In this document: positions 1 to 9,521 of the stretch, piece by piece
How the letters are laid out: every line of letters begins with the position of its first letter
Numbering within the stretch: the stretch's first letter is position 1
Assembly: GCA_963750165.1 (NCBI GenBank)
Contig: CAVVPN010000012.1
Span: 512,001 to 576,000 of the forward strand
DNA: 64,000 nucleotides
DNA from: an uncultured Gemmataceae bacterium
GTDB lineage: Bacteria > Planctomycetota > Planctomycetia > Gemmatales > Gemmataceae
Direction of reading: 5' to 3'
Notes under the pieces: model-generated
Databases searched by the model: none
Seen by the model: the letters and a program-made list of their open reading frames with translations, nothing else
What the model was told of the DNA's origin: nothing
Made by a program: the position numbers and the translations under genes

Positions 1-339
1 CTGGCGTACTGCAATCGCGGCAGCGCCTACTGCAAGCTGGAGAAGTACGACGAGGCGCTGGCGGACCTGGAGGTGGCCATCCGGCTGGCGCCGCAGAACG
101 CGCAGGCGTACAACACCCGCGGCACCGTCTTCGGCGAGAAGGGCCAGCACGAGCGCGCCCTGGCGGATTTCACGAAGGCGATCGAGCTGAACCCGGAGTT
201 CGCGACGGCGCTGCGTAACCGCGGCCACACGTACCACCACCTCGGTGACACCGACCGGGCGCAGGCGGACTACAGCGCGTCCATGCGGCTGGACCCAAGC
301 GGCGCCGGCCTGGTGCCGCTGCGGTATAGCAAGCAGTAA
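1..339 (+). CDS. TPR-repeat protein, C-terminal part (5' end outside window)
   Basis: Open frame from base 1: LAYCNRGSAYCKLEKYDEALADLEVAIRLAP / AYNTRGTVFGEKGQHERALADFTKAIELNP, canonical TPR repeats. Confidence 0.9.
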   Translation: MAYCNRGSAYCKLEKYDEALADLEVAIRLAPQNAQAYNTRGTVFGEKGQHERALADFTKAIELNPEFATALRNRGHTYHHLGDTDRAQADYSASMRLDPSGAGLVPLRYSKQ

Positions 340-357
340 GCGCCTGGCCCGGATGAT

Positions 358-490
358 TCACCGCAGAGAACGCGGAGAACGCGGAGAGAAGACCAAGGAA
401 TTGATCCACAGATGCCACAGCTGACACAGATAAAGACCTTTGAATTGGTCTTTATCTGTGTCAGCTGTGGATCCTTTTTTCTCTGCGCGG
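358..490. repeat. REP-like palindromic element with 9-mer tandem units
   Basis: Perfect 24-bp stem 415-438/447-470 (ccacagctgacacagataaagacc); flanked by cgcagagaa-cgcggagaa-cgcggagag tandem and a partial complement ctctgcg. Confidence 0.8.
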
Positions 491-612
491 ACGCTGCCCC
501 GCGCGAGATGTAAACGGGATGAAATTGCGCTCCGGCCGAAATTTCCGTTGCATTTCTTGCCGGCATCCTTTAAGTTTTAACCATCCTTATTATTGGATGC
601 AGGGCAGGTTCC

Positions 613-675
613 ATGCAGTTCTTGAGGATGTTACTACTGGACCTTTCGCTTCCTCCCCAGGGGAATGGGTCCTAG
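613..675 (+). CDS. Leucine attenuator leader peptide MQFLRMLLLDLSLPPQGNGS
   Basis: 20-codon ORF upstream of leuA with 6 Leu codons (TTG, TTA, CTA, CTG, CTT, CTT), mostly rare in this GC-rich genome. Confidence 0.8.
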   Translation: MQFLRMLLLDLSLPPQGNGS

Positions 676-715
676 GTACGCCGTCAGCTGCCACGGCAGG
701 ATGATCGCTAATACC

Positions 716-746
716 AACCCTGGGACCGCCGGTTCCAGGGTTTTTT
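716..746 (+). terminator. Attenuator terminator of the leuA leader
   Basis: 12-bp stem aaccctgggacc-gcc-ggttccagggtt plus T-tract; 668-676 can alternatively pair with 719-727 (antiterminator). Confidence 0.85.
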
Positions 747-828
747 CGTTATCGGATTGGTTTTCTGCCGTTGGCGGCCTGGCGGAAGAGCGCCAGGCCG
801 CCAGCGACAACACGAGAGGGGTTGCACG

Positions 829-2443
829 ATGAGCCAGGACCGTCTGATCATTTTCGACACGACGCTGCGCGACGGCGAACAATCGCCCGGGGCGAGCATG
901 AATCTCGCCGAGAAGCTGGAGATCGCGCAGCGCGCTGCGCGATCTGGGCGTCGATGTGATCGAGGCCGGCTTCCCCATCGCGTCGCCGGGCGACTTCGAG
1001 GCGGTGCAGGCCGTCGCGCGGGCGGTGCAGGGCCCGGTCATCTGCGGCCTGGCCCGCTGCCACGATGACGACATCGACCGCGCGGGGGCCGCTCTGGTGG
1101 ACGCGCCGCGCAAGCGCATCCACGTCTTCCTGGCCACCAGCGCCATCCACCGCGAGTTCAAGCTGCACATGGCCAAGGACGAAATCCTGCGCCGGGCGGT
1201 GGCCGGCGTCGAGCGCGCCCGCGGTTACACCGATGACGTGGAGTTCTCGCCGGAGGACGCCGCCCGCACCGAGCTGGACTTTCTGGCCGAGGTCGTCGAG
1301 CGCGTGATCGCGGCGGGCGCCACCACGGTCAACATCCCGGACACGGTGGGTTACGCGGTGCCGGAGCAGTACGCCGCCGCCATCCGCCATCTGCGCACCC
1401 ACGTCGCCAACATCGACAGGGCGGTCATCAGCGTCCACTGCCACGACGACCTGGGCCTGGCGGTCGCCAACAGCCTGGCGGCCCTGCACGAGGGGGCGCG
1501 GCAGGTGGAGTGTACGATCAACGGCATCGGCGAGCGGGCCGGCAACTGCGCCCTGGAAGAAGTGGTCATGGCCGTCCGGACGCGAGCCGACTACTTCCGG
1601 CTGGAGACGGGCATCAACACGAAGCGGCTGTACCCGACGAGCCGGCTGCTGTCGCACATCACCGGTCTGCAGGTGCAGCGCAACAAGGCCATCGTTGGAC
1701 AGAACGCCTTCGCGCACGAGGCGGGCATCCACCAGGACGGCATGCTCAAGGAGCGGCGCACCTACGAGATCATGCATCCGGAGGACATCGGCCTGTTGCG
1801 CACGCAACTGGTCCTGGGCAAGCACAGCGGCCGGCACGCGCTGCGGCAGCGCATCCGCGAACTGGGCTACCACCTCGACGAGCAGCAGCTGCAGCGCGTC
1901 TTCGAGAACTTCAAGGCGCTGGCGGACCGCAAGAAAGAGGTGTACGACGCGGACATCGAGGCGCTGGCGGAGACGCAGATCCACAACGGGCCGGCGCTGT
2001 GGACGCTGGAGGCGATCACCTGCAACGCCGGCTCGGCGACGATCCCATCGGCGGTGGTGTGTCTGTGGCACAACGAGGGCCGGGTACACCGCGAGTCGGC
2101 CATCGGCGACGGCCCGGTGGACGCGGTGTTCAAGGCGATCGAGCGCATCACCGGTATCGAGGTGGAACTGCGCAACTACAGCGTCCGCAGCGTCACCGTG
2201 GGCGAGGACGCCCAGGGCGAGGCGCACGTGGAGGTGGCGTACAAGGGCAAGGTGTTCACGGGCCGGGCGGTGAGCACGGACGTGATCGAGGCCAGTGCGC
2301 TGGCGCTGCTGCAGGTGATTAACCGCATCGCAATGCGGAACTCGGCCGGCGAGCGCATCCGCTGGAGCGACGCGCCGCCGCTGGCGCCCGAGGCGGCGGC
2401 CGGGCAGACGCCGGCGCAGCCGGAGGCGATGGCGGCTAGCTGA
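829..2443 (+). CDS. leuA: 2-isopropylmalate synthase (apparent +1 indel near 931)
   Basis: [15 protein letters not shown] from ATG 829 joins [15 protein letters not shown] in the next frame; [31 protein letters not shown] and a C-terminal regulatory domain (GDGPVDA) are present. Confidence 0.95.
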
Positions 2444-2520
2444 GCGGCCGGGGTTTCGCGCATGGCCGCTTGCGGCGGTAGAATGGTGGCGGGGCAGTGT
2501 CGGCGCACAGGAGAGCTACC

Positions 2521-2856
2521 ATGCACGTCGAATACAGTGATCGGGTGAAGCAGCGGGGCGAAGATTTTGTCCTGCTACAACAGGCGACGAACAGCCTGGA
2601 AGAAGTCCTGGGGCCGCGGAACGCGGACAAGGTGAAGGCGGTTTGGGACCGATCCGAAGAAAACCAGGGAACCGGGCGTTACACGCTCTGGATTTCTGAT
2701 GGTTCCGATTCGGCCACCCGCTCATTTGATACGGACGAACTGACCTGGTCCTCTTATTTGAAGAGCCGCCTGGGTCTTCTGTGGGACGACATTCTTCGGC
2801 AGAGAGGCGAACGGCACTTTCAAAGGATTCTGGAAATGGACGCAACGGAGCCCTGA
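2521..2856 (+). CDS. Hypothetical protein
   Basis: aggagag RBS before ATG 2521; globular-looking 111-aa ORF coupled to the next gene. Confidence 0.7.
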   Translation: MHVEYSDRVKQRGEDFVLLQQATNSLEEVLGPRNADKVKAVWDRSEENQGTGRYTLWISDGSDSATRSFDTDELTWSSYLKSRLGLLWDDILRQRGERHFQRILEMDATEP

Positions 2857-2857
2857 C

Positions 2858-3172
2858 ATGGCCTTGGGAGACAAGGTTGAGGAGTTACAAAAGGATGTTG
2901 CCACTCTTTGGGAGCGACTGGACACCGCAGTAAAAACCCTGGGTGGGGTGATCGACACCCAACGTCGGCTCGCCGACATGCTGCGGGATGTCGAAAAAGA
3001 GAGCGCCTTGCTGAAGCGCGAGGTCGAGGAACTCCGAAAGTGGAAGGACGATCAGAAGAAGCGTGATGAAGAATTTAGCCGGAGGCTGTGGGCGTTCGGG
3101 CCAAACCTCCTCGGCGAAATCGTAGGCGGCCTCATTGCCGCCGCCGTGACTTATTTCATTGCGCGCCGTTGA
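2858..3172 (+). CDS. Coiled-coil protein with C-terminal transmembrane helix
   Basis: Heptad-like charged helix followed by LLGEIVGGLIAAAVTYFIARR. Confidence 0.7.
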   Translation: MALGDKVEELQKDVATLWERLDTAVKTLGGVIDTQRRLADMLRDVEKESALLKREVEELRKWKDDQKKRDEEFSRRLWAFGPNLLGEIVGGLIAAAVTYFIARR

Positions 3173-3199
3173 GGAGATTGACCAGCATCGGCCGATGCG

Positions 3200-3787
3200 A
3201 TGGTGATGATTTTGGGACCGTTTTCCCTTGATCGAATGGTGCGTGCCGCGGAACGAGTCCGCGAACGCTTGTTGCGCGCCACCGCCGCGCTGGAGGCGGC
3301 CCAGGTTCCTTACGCCGTGGTCGGCGGCAACGCGGTCGCGGCGTGGGTGTCCCGGGTCGATGAATCCGCCGTCCGGAACACGCAGGACGTGGACATTCTG
3401 ATCCGGCGTGCTGACCTCGACGCCGTGAAAGCCGCGCTCGAAAGCGTCGGCTTTGTCTACCGTCACGCCGCCGGAATCGACTTGTTTCTGGATGGCCCGG
3501 ATGCCAGGGCCCGCGACGCTGTGCATGTGGTGTTCTCGGGGGAGAAGGTTCGGGAGGAGGAGCCGTTGCCGAACCCGGAGGTGACCGAAAGCGAGTCGGC
3601 CGGGGCGTACAAGATTTTGAGCTTGCGGGCTCTGGTGCAGATTAAATTGACGGCCTTCCGCGACAAGGACCGGACGCATTTGCGTGATCTCCTGGAGGTT
3701 GGGCTGATCGACGCCAACTGGGGCCGACATTACCCCCCGGAACTGGCGACGCGATTACAAACATTAGTGGACACTCCGGGTGGATGA
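3200..3787 (+). CDS. Nucleotidyltransferase-fold protein
   Basis: YAVVGGNAV...RNTQDVDIL motif (GG + DxD) and C-terminal KLTAFRDKDRTHL. Confidence 0.8.
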   Translation: MVMILGPFSLDRMVRAAERVRERLLRATAALEAAQVPYAVVGGNAVAAWVSRVDESAVRNTQDVDILIRRADLDAVKAALESVGFVYRHAAGIDLFLDGPDARARDAVHVVFSGEKVREEEPLPNPEVTESESAGAYKILSLRALVQIKLTAFRDKDRTHLRDLLEVGLIDANWGRHYPPELATRLQTLVDTPGG

Positions 3788-3869
3788 TGGTTTAGGCGAC
3801 GACCTTGTCATAAGCGGTTTCGATTAACCGGGCTCAACGGCCTGACAGTAGCAAGCCAGGAGTGGAACC

Positions 3870-4991
3870 ATGTTAATGTTTTTGCGTCCCGCCCTCGTTC
3901 CCTTCGTGCTCGTCTTACTCGCAACGCTATCGGCGGCCCAGGCCCGCGCCGACGACTGGAGCCCGAAGGCCGCCGCCACCTACCTCGATGGCCGCGCCGA
4001 CTACTGGCTCAAATGGTCCGGCGCCGCCCGCGGTCAGGGCACGGCCTGCATCTCCTGTCACACCACCTTGCCTTACGCCCTGGCGCGGCCGGCGCTCGGC
4101 GTCCGCCTCGGCGAAACCACGCCGGGCGCCGTCGAGCAGCGCTTCCTCGACAACGTGAAGAAGCGCGTCGCTAACTGGGACAAAATCGTTGCCGACGCTA
4201 CCGCCGACAAGAACCCCTTCGTGCCCTTCTATCCCAAGGAACGCAAGCCGTCGGCGCTCGGCACGGAAGCCGTGTTGAACGCGCTGGTCCTGGTCAACCA
4301 CGACGCCCGGCGGAACAAGCTCGTCCTGAGCGCGGCCACAAAACAAGCGCTGAACCAACTCTGGCCACAGCAGCAGGCAAACGGGGCCTGGCGCTGGCTC
4401 GACTTCGGACTGAAACCGTGGGAACAACAGGACTCGTCCTACTTCGGCGCTTCCCTGGCGGCGCTCGCGGTGGGCACGGCCGGCAAGGACTACTACGAAC
4501 ACACCGCCGTGCAGCCGAAGGTCGCCGCGCTGAAGCAGTATCTCAAGGCGCAATTCCCGCAGCAACCGCTGCACCATCGTGTAACGGCTCTGTGGGCGGC
4601 GTCGCGGTTGCCGGGCATTCTGGATGAGGTCGATCGGCAGAAACTCATCGATGAACTCCTGAAACTCCAGGAGGCTGACGGCGGCTGGAGCCTGCCGAAA
4701 CTGGGCAGGACCGCGAAAGGCCCCGGCAACTGGAAGTCGCACGGCGTCCACCCGGAAGGGGCGGTCAGCGACGGCTACGCCACGGGACTGGTCATGCTGG
4801 CGTTGAAGCGCGCCGGCGTCGCGGCGGACCACCCGAAGCTCCGCAAGGCCGTGGGCTGGCTGACCACGAACCAGCGCGACGGCACCTGGCCGGCGAATTA
4901 TCCGAATCGGCCGCGCGACCCGCAAACCAACGTCGGCCGGTTCCTGCGCGACGCGGCGACGGGGTTCGCCATCCTGGCCCTGTGCGAGTGA
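3870..4991 (+). CDS. Secreted prenyltransferase/squalene-cyclase-repeat protein with CxxCH motif
   Basis: Signal peptide (AQARA-DD); QW-like repeats QQANGAW, QEADGGW, QRDGTW; CISCH; SDGYATG. Confidence 0.75.
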   Translation: MLMFLRPALVPFVLVLLATLSAAQARADDWSPKAAATYLDGRADYWLKWSGAARGQGTACISCHTTLPYALARPALGVRLGETTPGAVEQRFLDNVKKRVANWDKIVADATADKNPFVPFYPKERKPSALGTEAVLNALVLVNHDARRNKLVLSAATKQALNQLWPQQQANGAWRWLDFGLKPWEQQDSSYFGASLAALAVGTAGKDYYEHTAVQPKVAALKQYLKAQFPQQPLHHRVTALWAASRLPGILDEVDRQKLIDELLKLQEADGGWSLPKLGRTAKGPGNWKSHGVHPEGAVSDGYATGLVMLALKRAGVAADHPKLRKAVGWLTTNQRDGTWPANYPNRPRDPQTNVGRFLRDAATGFAILALCE

Positions 4992-5007
4992 AATTCCCGG
5001 AGGATTC

Positions 5008-5475
5008 ATGGCGGAATATCAAATCCACGTGCAGCCGGTGGCCGCGCAGCCGACCGCGGTGGTGCGCCGCCGCGCCCACCTCGACGAACTGAAGACGGTG
5101 GTCCCCCATGCTTGCGGCGAAGTCTGGGAGTACTTCCGCGCCAACCAACTGCCGCGGCCGGGGCGGCACGTGGCCCTGTACCTGGACGGCGAGATAAACC
5201 TGGAGGTCGGCGTCGAGGTGGCGCAGCCCATTGCTGGCGACAGCAACGTGGTCAATTCGTGTACACCGGCCGGCCCGGTCGCCACGACGGAGCACCTGGG
5301 GCCGTACGACCGCCTTGGGGATGCCCACGCCGCCATCTGTCGCTGGTGCGTCGAACACGGCCACACGCTGGCCGGGCCGAACTGGGAGGTGTACGGTCAC
5401 GGGTGCGACGACCCCACCCAGCTCCGCACCGATGTGTATTATCTCCTGGGCAACACCACTGAGCCGGCCGGTTAG
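5008..5475 (+). CDS. GyrI-like small-molecule-binding protein
   Basis: HLGPYDRLGDAHAAI...WEVY...LRTDVYY pattern; ggagg RBS. Confidence 0.85.
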   Translation: MAEYQIHVQPVAAQPTAVVRRRAHLDELKTVVPHACGEVWEYFRANQLPRPGRHVALYLDGEINLEVGVEVAQPIAGDSNVVNSCTPAGPVATTEHLGPYDRLGDAHAAICRWCVEHGHTLAGPNWEVYGHGCDDPTQLRTDVYYLLGNTTEPAG

Positions 5476-5539
5476 CGCGGCATCGGCGCGGCGGCCGAGT
5501 TTCCCTGGACGCGCGCCCCAAGCAGGAAAGGAATGTCCC

Positions 5540-6418
5540 ATGTCCGCCAGCCAGCCTGAACCGGCGCCGAATCCGCTCACGCCACCGCCGACGCCCATCA
5601 CCGTGCGCAGCCACGGCCTGACCGACCGCGGCCGCGTTCGCCCCACCAACGAGGACCACTTCCTCATCGCCGAGCTGGCCCGCACGCTCTTCGTCCGCCA
5701 GACCAGCCTTCCCCAGCCGGACACCCAGTTCGGCCGCAACCGCGGTCACATCCTCATGATCGCCGACGGCATGGGCGGCCACCAGGCCGGCGAGGTCGCC
5801 AGCGCCCTGACCCTGGCGTCCATCGAGGCCTTCATCCTGCACTTGCTGCGGCGCTTCTCCAACCTGCAGGTGAACGACGAGCAGACCGTCCTCTTGGATT
5901 TTCAGCGGGCCCTGCGGCAAGCCGACGAACGCCTGGCCGAGGAGTCCGCCCATCATCCGGAGTTTGCCGGCATGGGCACGACGCTGACGCTGGCCTTCGT
6001 CAGCGGCTGGAAGCTGTTCCTGGTACACGCCGGCGACAGCCGTTGTTACCTGTACCGCGGCGACCGGCTGCAGCAGTTGACCGTGGACCACACGGTCGCG
6101 GGCGAACTGGCGCGGCGTGGCGTCATCCAGCCGGAGCAGGTCGGCCACCACCAGTTCCGCCATGTGGTCACGAACGTGCTCGGCGGCGGCCACGCCGGTG
6201 TTCAGGCCGATGTCCAGTGCGTGGACCTGGAGGCCAACGACGTGCTGCTGCTCTGCTCCGACGGCCTCTCGGACATGGTGCCGGACGAACAGATTGCGGA
6301 CATTCTTGGACGCCAGTCGGACCCACGGATAGCATGCGAACATCTGGTGGCGGCGGCCAACGCCAACGGCGGCCGGGACAACATCACGGCGGTGGTCGCC
6401 TGGTTCGGCGCCTTTTGA
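5540..6418 (+). CDS. PP2C-family Ser/Thr protein phosphatase
   Basis: TDRGRVRPTNEDH, ADGMGGH, GMGTT, HAGDSR, LCSDGL, GGRDNIT. Confidence 0.93.
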   Translation: MSASQPEPAPNPLTPPPTPITVRSHGLTDRGRVRPTNEDHFLIAELARTLFVRQTSLPQPDTQFGRNRGHILMIADGMGGHQAGEVASALTLASIEAFILHLLRRFSNLQVNDEQTVLLDFQRALRQADERLAEESAHHPEFAGMGTTLTLAFVSGWKLFLVHAGDSRCYLYRGDRLQQLTVDHTVAGELARRGVIQPEQVGHHQFRHVVTNVLGGGHAGVQADVQCVDLEANDVLLLCSDGLSDMVPDEQIADILGRQSDPRIACEHLVAAANANGGRDNITAVVAWFGAF

Positions 6419-6468
6419 CTGACAGTTTTTGACACTGGCGTTGCGTCAGCCATAGAAGACGCTTGATG

Positions 6469-6732
6469 ATGGGTATCCGAATGCGCCTGCACGACGGTGA
6501 GCCGCTCGCGCAGGCTTTGCGGCGGTTCAAGAAACTGGTGGCGAATCAAGTCTGGGAACAGCGGTGGCACGTTCACTTCGTCCCCGCAACCAGGCTCCGG
6601 CGAGCGAAGCGCTTCAAGAAGCGGTTCAAGGCGCGGCGTGCCACCTTGCTGGCCCAGCAGGCGGGAGAGCAACCGGTCGCGTCGCTGGCCGAGGCCGAGG
6701 CGGAATTCTGGCGACGCACCGGCAAGCCGTGA
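6469..6732 (+). CDS. Divergent ribosomal protein bS21-like protein
   Basis: IRMRLHDGEPLAQALRRFKKLV resembles the bS21 N-terminus; basic central helix; C-terminal extension. Confidence 0.65.
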   Translation: MGIRMRLHDGEPLAQALRRFKKLVANQVWEQRWHVHFVPATRLRRAKRFKKRFKARRATLLAQQAGEQPVASLAEAEAEFWRRTGKP

Positions 6733-6738
6733 ATGCGG

Positions 6739-7191
6739 TCAGTTCAGCGCCGCCACACGCAGCGCCCGAACGGTCCCGGAGTCGCCGACGGCCCGGTCCC
6801 AGTCCTGCTCCGTCCGGGCCGCACGCTCGGCCAGCTGGCGGCGCTGGCGGGCGGTGACGCGCAGGCCGGCGACCCAGGGCCGCAACCGCCGCTCCACTGC
6901 GGCCCGGTCGCTCCGCGGCGTGAAGGCGGCGGCGACCGTCAGCGCCGCCCGGTGAACGATTTGAGCCAGGACGCTGTCCGGCGGCGAGCCGCCCAGGCGC
7001 GTCCGCCGCTCCCAGCAGGACGCGCGCTCCAGCGCGTCGGTCAACTGCCGCCACAGCGCCAACTCCAGCGCCACGGAATCGCCGTGGACGCCCGCCTGGG
7101 TCAGGCCCGCCAGGGCAAAGTCCGTTAATTCGGCAGCCAGGTCACTATCGCGGCGATCCATTTCAGTTCGTGTCACGGCAACCATCTGCAC
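6739..7191 (-). CDS. Hypothetical protein
   Basis: 150-aa helical ORF with GC3-rich codons and a ggag RBS. Confidence 0.55.
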   Translation of the reverse strand: MQMVAVTRTEMDRRDSDLAAELTDFALAGLTQAGVHGDSVALELALWRQLTDALERASCWERRTRLGGSPPDSVLAQIVHRAALTVAAAFTPRSDRAAVERRLRPWVAGLRVTARQRRQLAERAARTEQDWDRAVGDSGTVRALRVAALN

Positions 7192-7287
7192 TTCTCCGGT
7201 GGTGGGCGAAGGTCATCGTTGCGACTGTCTTCCCCCAGGAAATACCGGCGTGCAGGTCGATCCTTACAAAAAAACGCTGGCGATCCG

Positions 7288-9518
7288 TCAGGGCCGGGCG
7301 TTCCACAACCGCACCGTGCCGTCACGGCCGCCGCTCGCCAGGGTGGCGCCGTCGCGCGCGAACGTCACCGCGTACACCGTCGCCGTGTGGCCGCGCAGCG
7401 TCCGCAGCTCGCGGTGGGCGCGCACGTCCCACAGCTTGACCGTCTGGTCCTCGCTGCCCGACGCCAGTGTCCGGCCGTCCGGTGCGAACGCCACCGCCCA
7501 CACGTCCTGGCCGTGGCCCGCCAGCGTTGCCAGCGTCTTGCCGGTGGCGGCGTCCCACAGCCGTACCGTCCGGTCCCAACCGCCGGTCGCCACCGTGCGG
7601 TTGTCCGACGAGAACGCCACCGTGTAGACGCCGCCTGAATGGCCTGCCAGCGTCACCTGTTCCTGACCGCTGGCCACGTCCCACAGTTTCACCGTCTTGT
7701 CGCCGCTGGCCGACGCCACCGTCTTGCCGTCCGGCGCGAACACCACCGCCATGACCACGCCGCGGTGCTCGCCGAGCACGCGCTTGCTCTGCGCCGCCAC
7801 ATCCCACAGGATCACGCGACCGTTGCGAGAGCCGGTCACCAGCGTCTTGCCGTCCGGCGCGAACGTCAGCGGCCGCACCGCTGTCTCGTGCTCCAGCACG
7901 CCGAGCGGGCGCAGGTGCCGGCCTCCCACAACTTCACCTTGCCGTCGTCGCTGGCGGTCGCCAGTGTCTTGCCGTCCGGCGTGAATGCGACCGACCACAC
8001 CGGGCCGTTGTGGGCGTTCAACGTCGCTCGCACGCGCTCCGCCTGCACGTCCCAGACCTTCACCGTGCCGTCGTCCAGTGCCATCGCCAGCGTCGCGCCG
8101 TCCGGCGCGAAGGCCGTCGCCCAGATCGGCCCCGTCTGGGCGTTGAGCGTCGCCAGCGGCCGCGGCCCGACGGCCTCGCTCTCAACCTGCGCCTGGGGCG
8201 GCGCGACCGGCGCCAGCAAGTGCGTGAGCCCGGTCAGTTCGGTAACCGTCAGCGCCGCCAGGCACAGCCAGAACGCGACGCCGGAGAGGAGCCAGAAGAC
8301 TTGCCAGCCGCGACGGGCGGCCGGCTGCCGGCCGGTGCGGCGCGGCGTCACAGCTGGCGCGAGTTGCGGGCAGTGATGCAACCGGCGGGCCAGCACCTCG
8401 GCGACCTCGGCCGCGGACTGGAAGCGGTCGGCGGGGTTCTTGGCCAGCAGGCGGTCGATGACCTCGCTGAGCCAGTCGGGGATGTCCGGGTTGACCTGCT
8501 GAATCGGCTCCGGCACCTGCTCGGTGACCTGGCGCAGCACCAGAAACGGCGTGCTGCCCTGGAACGGCGGTTTGCCGGTACACATCGCGTACAGCACGCT
8601 GCCCAGACTGAACAGGTCGGTGCGGTGGTCCAGCGCCTCGCCGCGTGCCTGCTCCGGCGCCATGTACAGCGGCGTGCCGGCGACGAAGCCGGTCTGCGTC
8701 AACTTCACGTCCTCGGCGGCGCGGGCCAGGCCGAAGTCCGTCAGTTTGACACGCTCCAGGTCATGCTCGATGAGAATGTTGGCCGGCTTGATGTCGCGGT
8801 GGACCAGGCCGTGTTGGTGCGCCGCCGACAGCCCCGCCGCGGTCTGCATGCCGATGCGGACGATCTCGCGCAGCGGCAGTTTGCCGTCACGGTCCAGCCG
8901 CTCTTGCAGCGACTCGCCGGAGACGAGCTGCATCACCAGGAACGGCAGCCCCTTGTCATCCTCCTCAACCTGATGGATGGCGACGACGTGCTCATGCGTG
9001 ATGGTGGCCGCGGCGCGGGCCTCGCGGCAAAAGCGCTTGTGGGCCAGCTCGTCGTCGGCCAGCTGCGGGTCGAGAACCTTCAGCGCGACGTAGCGCTGCA
9101 AGCAGGGATCGAAGCCGCGCAGCACCACGCCCATGCCGCCGCGGCCGATGACCTCGGTGACGTGGAAATGGCCGAGCCGGCCCAGATAGCCGGGCTCCTC
9201 CGGCGGTCCCAGGAAGTCGAGCGACAGATCGCTGTGCGTGTCCGCGCTGCCCGGCGTGTGCAGCAGGGTGACGACCTCGTTCTCCAGCTTCTGCAACGCC
9301 GGCCAGTAGGCGGAATCGGACGGCGGCTGGAGACGCTCCAGCGGTTGCAGGATGGTGGGCAACCGCAGATCACCGGCGGCCAACGCCTCCAGGGCCTGCT
9401 GACACGAACTGCACTCGTCCAGGTGGGCGGTCATCTCCTGCAGCGCGCGCGGCGACAGCTGGCCGGCCAGGAGTTCCTGGAGCTGATCCGGATTGGGACA
9501 GATGGCCTGGCGGGACAT
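7288..9518 (-). CDS. Ser/Thr kinase with N-terminal zinc-finger, TM helix and WD40 propeller (1-nt deletion near 7915)
   Basis: HLDECSSC; GRGGMG, HRDIKPAN, DFG, GTPLYMAPE; TM segment; GH...WD repeats continue in the frame of ORF 7288-7998. Confidence 0.9.
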
Positions 9519-9521
9519 GGC

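Noticed and set aside
920..940. leuA frameshift at the centre of the palindrome gcgcagcgcgctgcgc as programmed frameshifting or a pseudogene
   Set aside because: It is one of at least eight 1-2 nt indels in otherwise intact genes (kinase-WD40, E2, ptsN twice, rne twice, HTTM), mostly in C-runs or (CG)n tracts. This pattern fits long-read consensus error, and there is no slippery heptamer.
848..2227. Long antisense or alternate-frame ORFs here and throughout (e.g. 8010-9536, 21329-22192, 44855-47245)
   Set aside because: Shadow ORFs expected from high GC3 codon bias opposite real genes; Arg/Ala/Gly-rich with no motifs.
3870..4991. Bona fide squalene-hopene cyclase
   Set aside because: Too short (373 aa), exported, and lacks DxDD.
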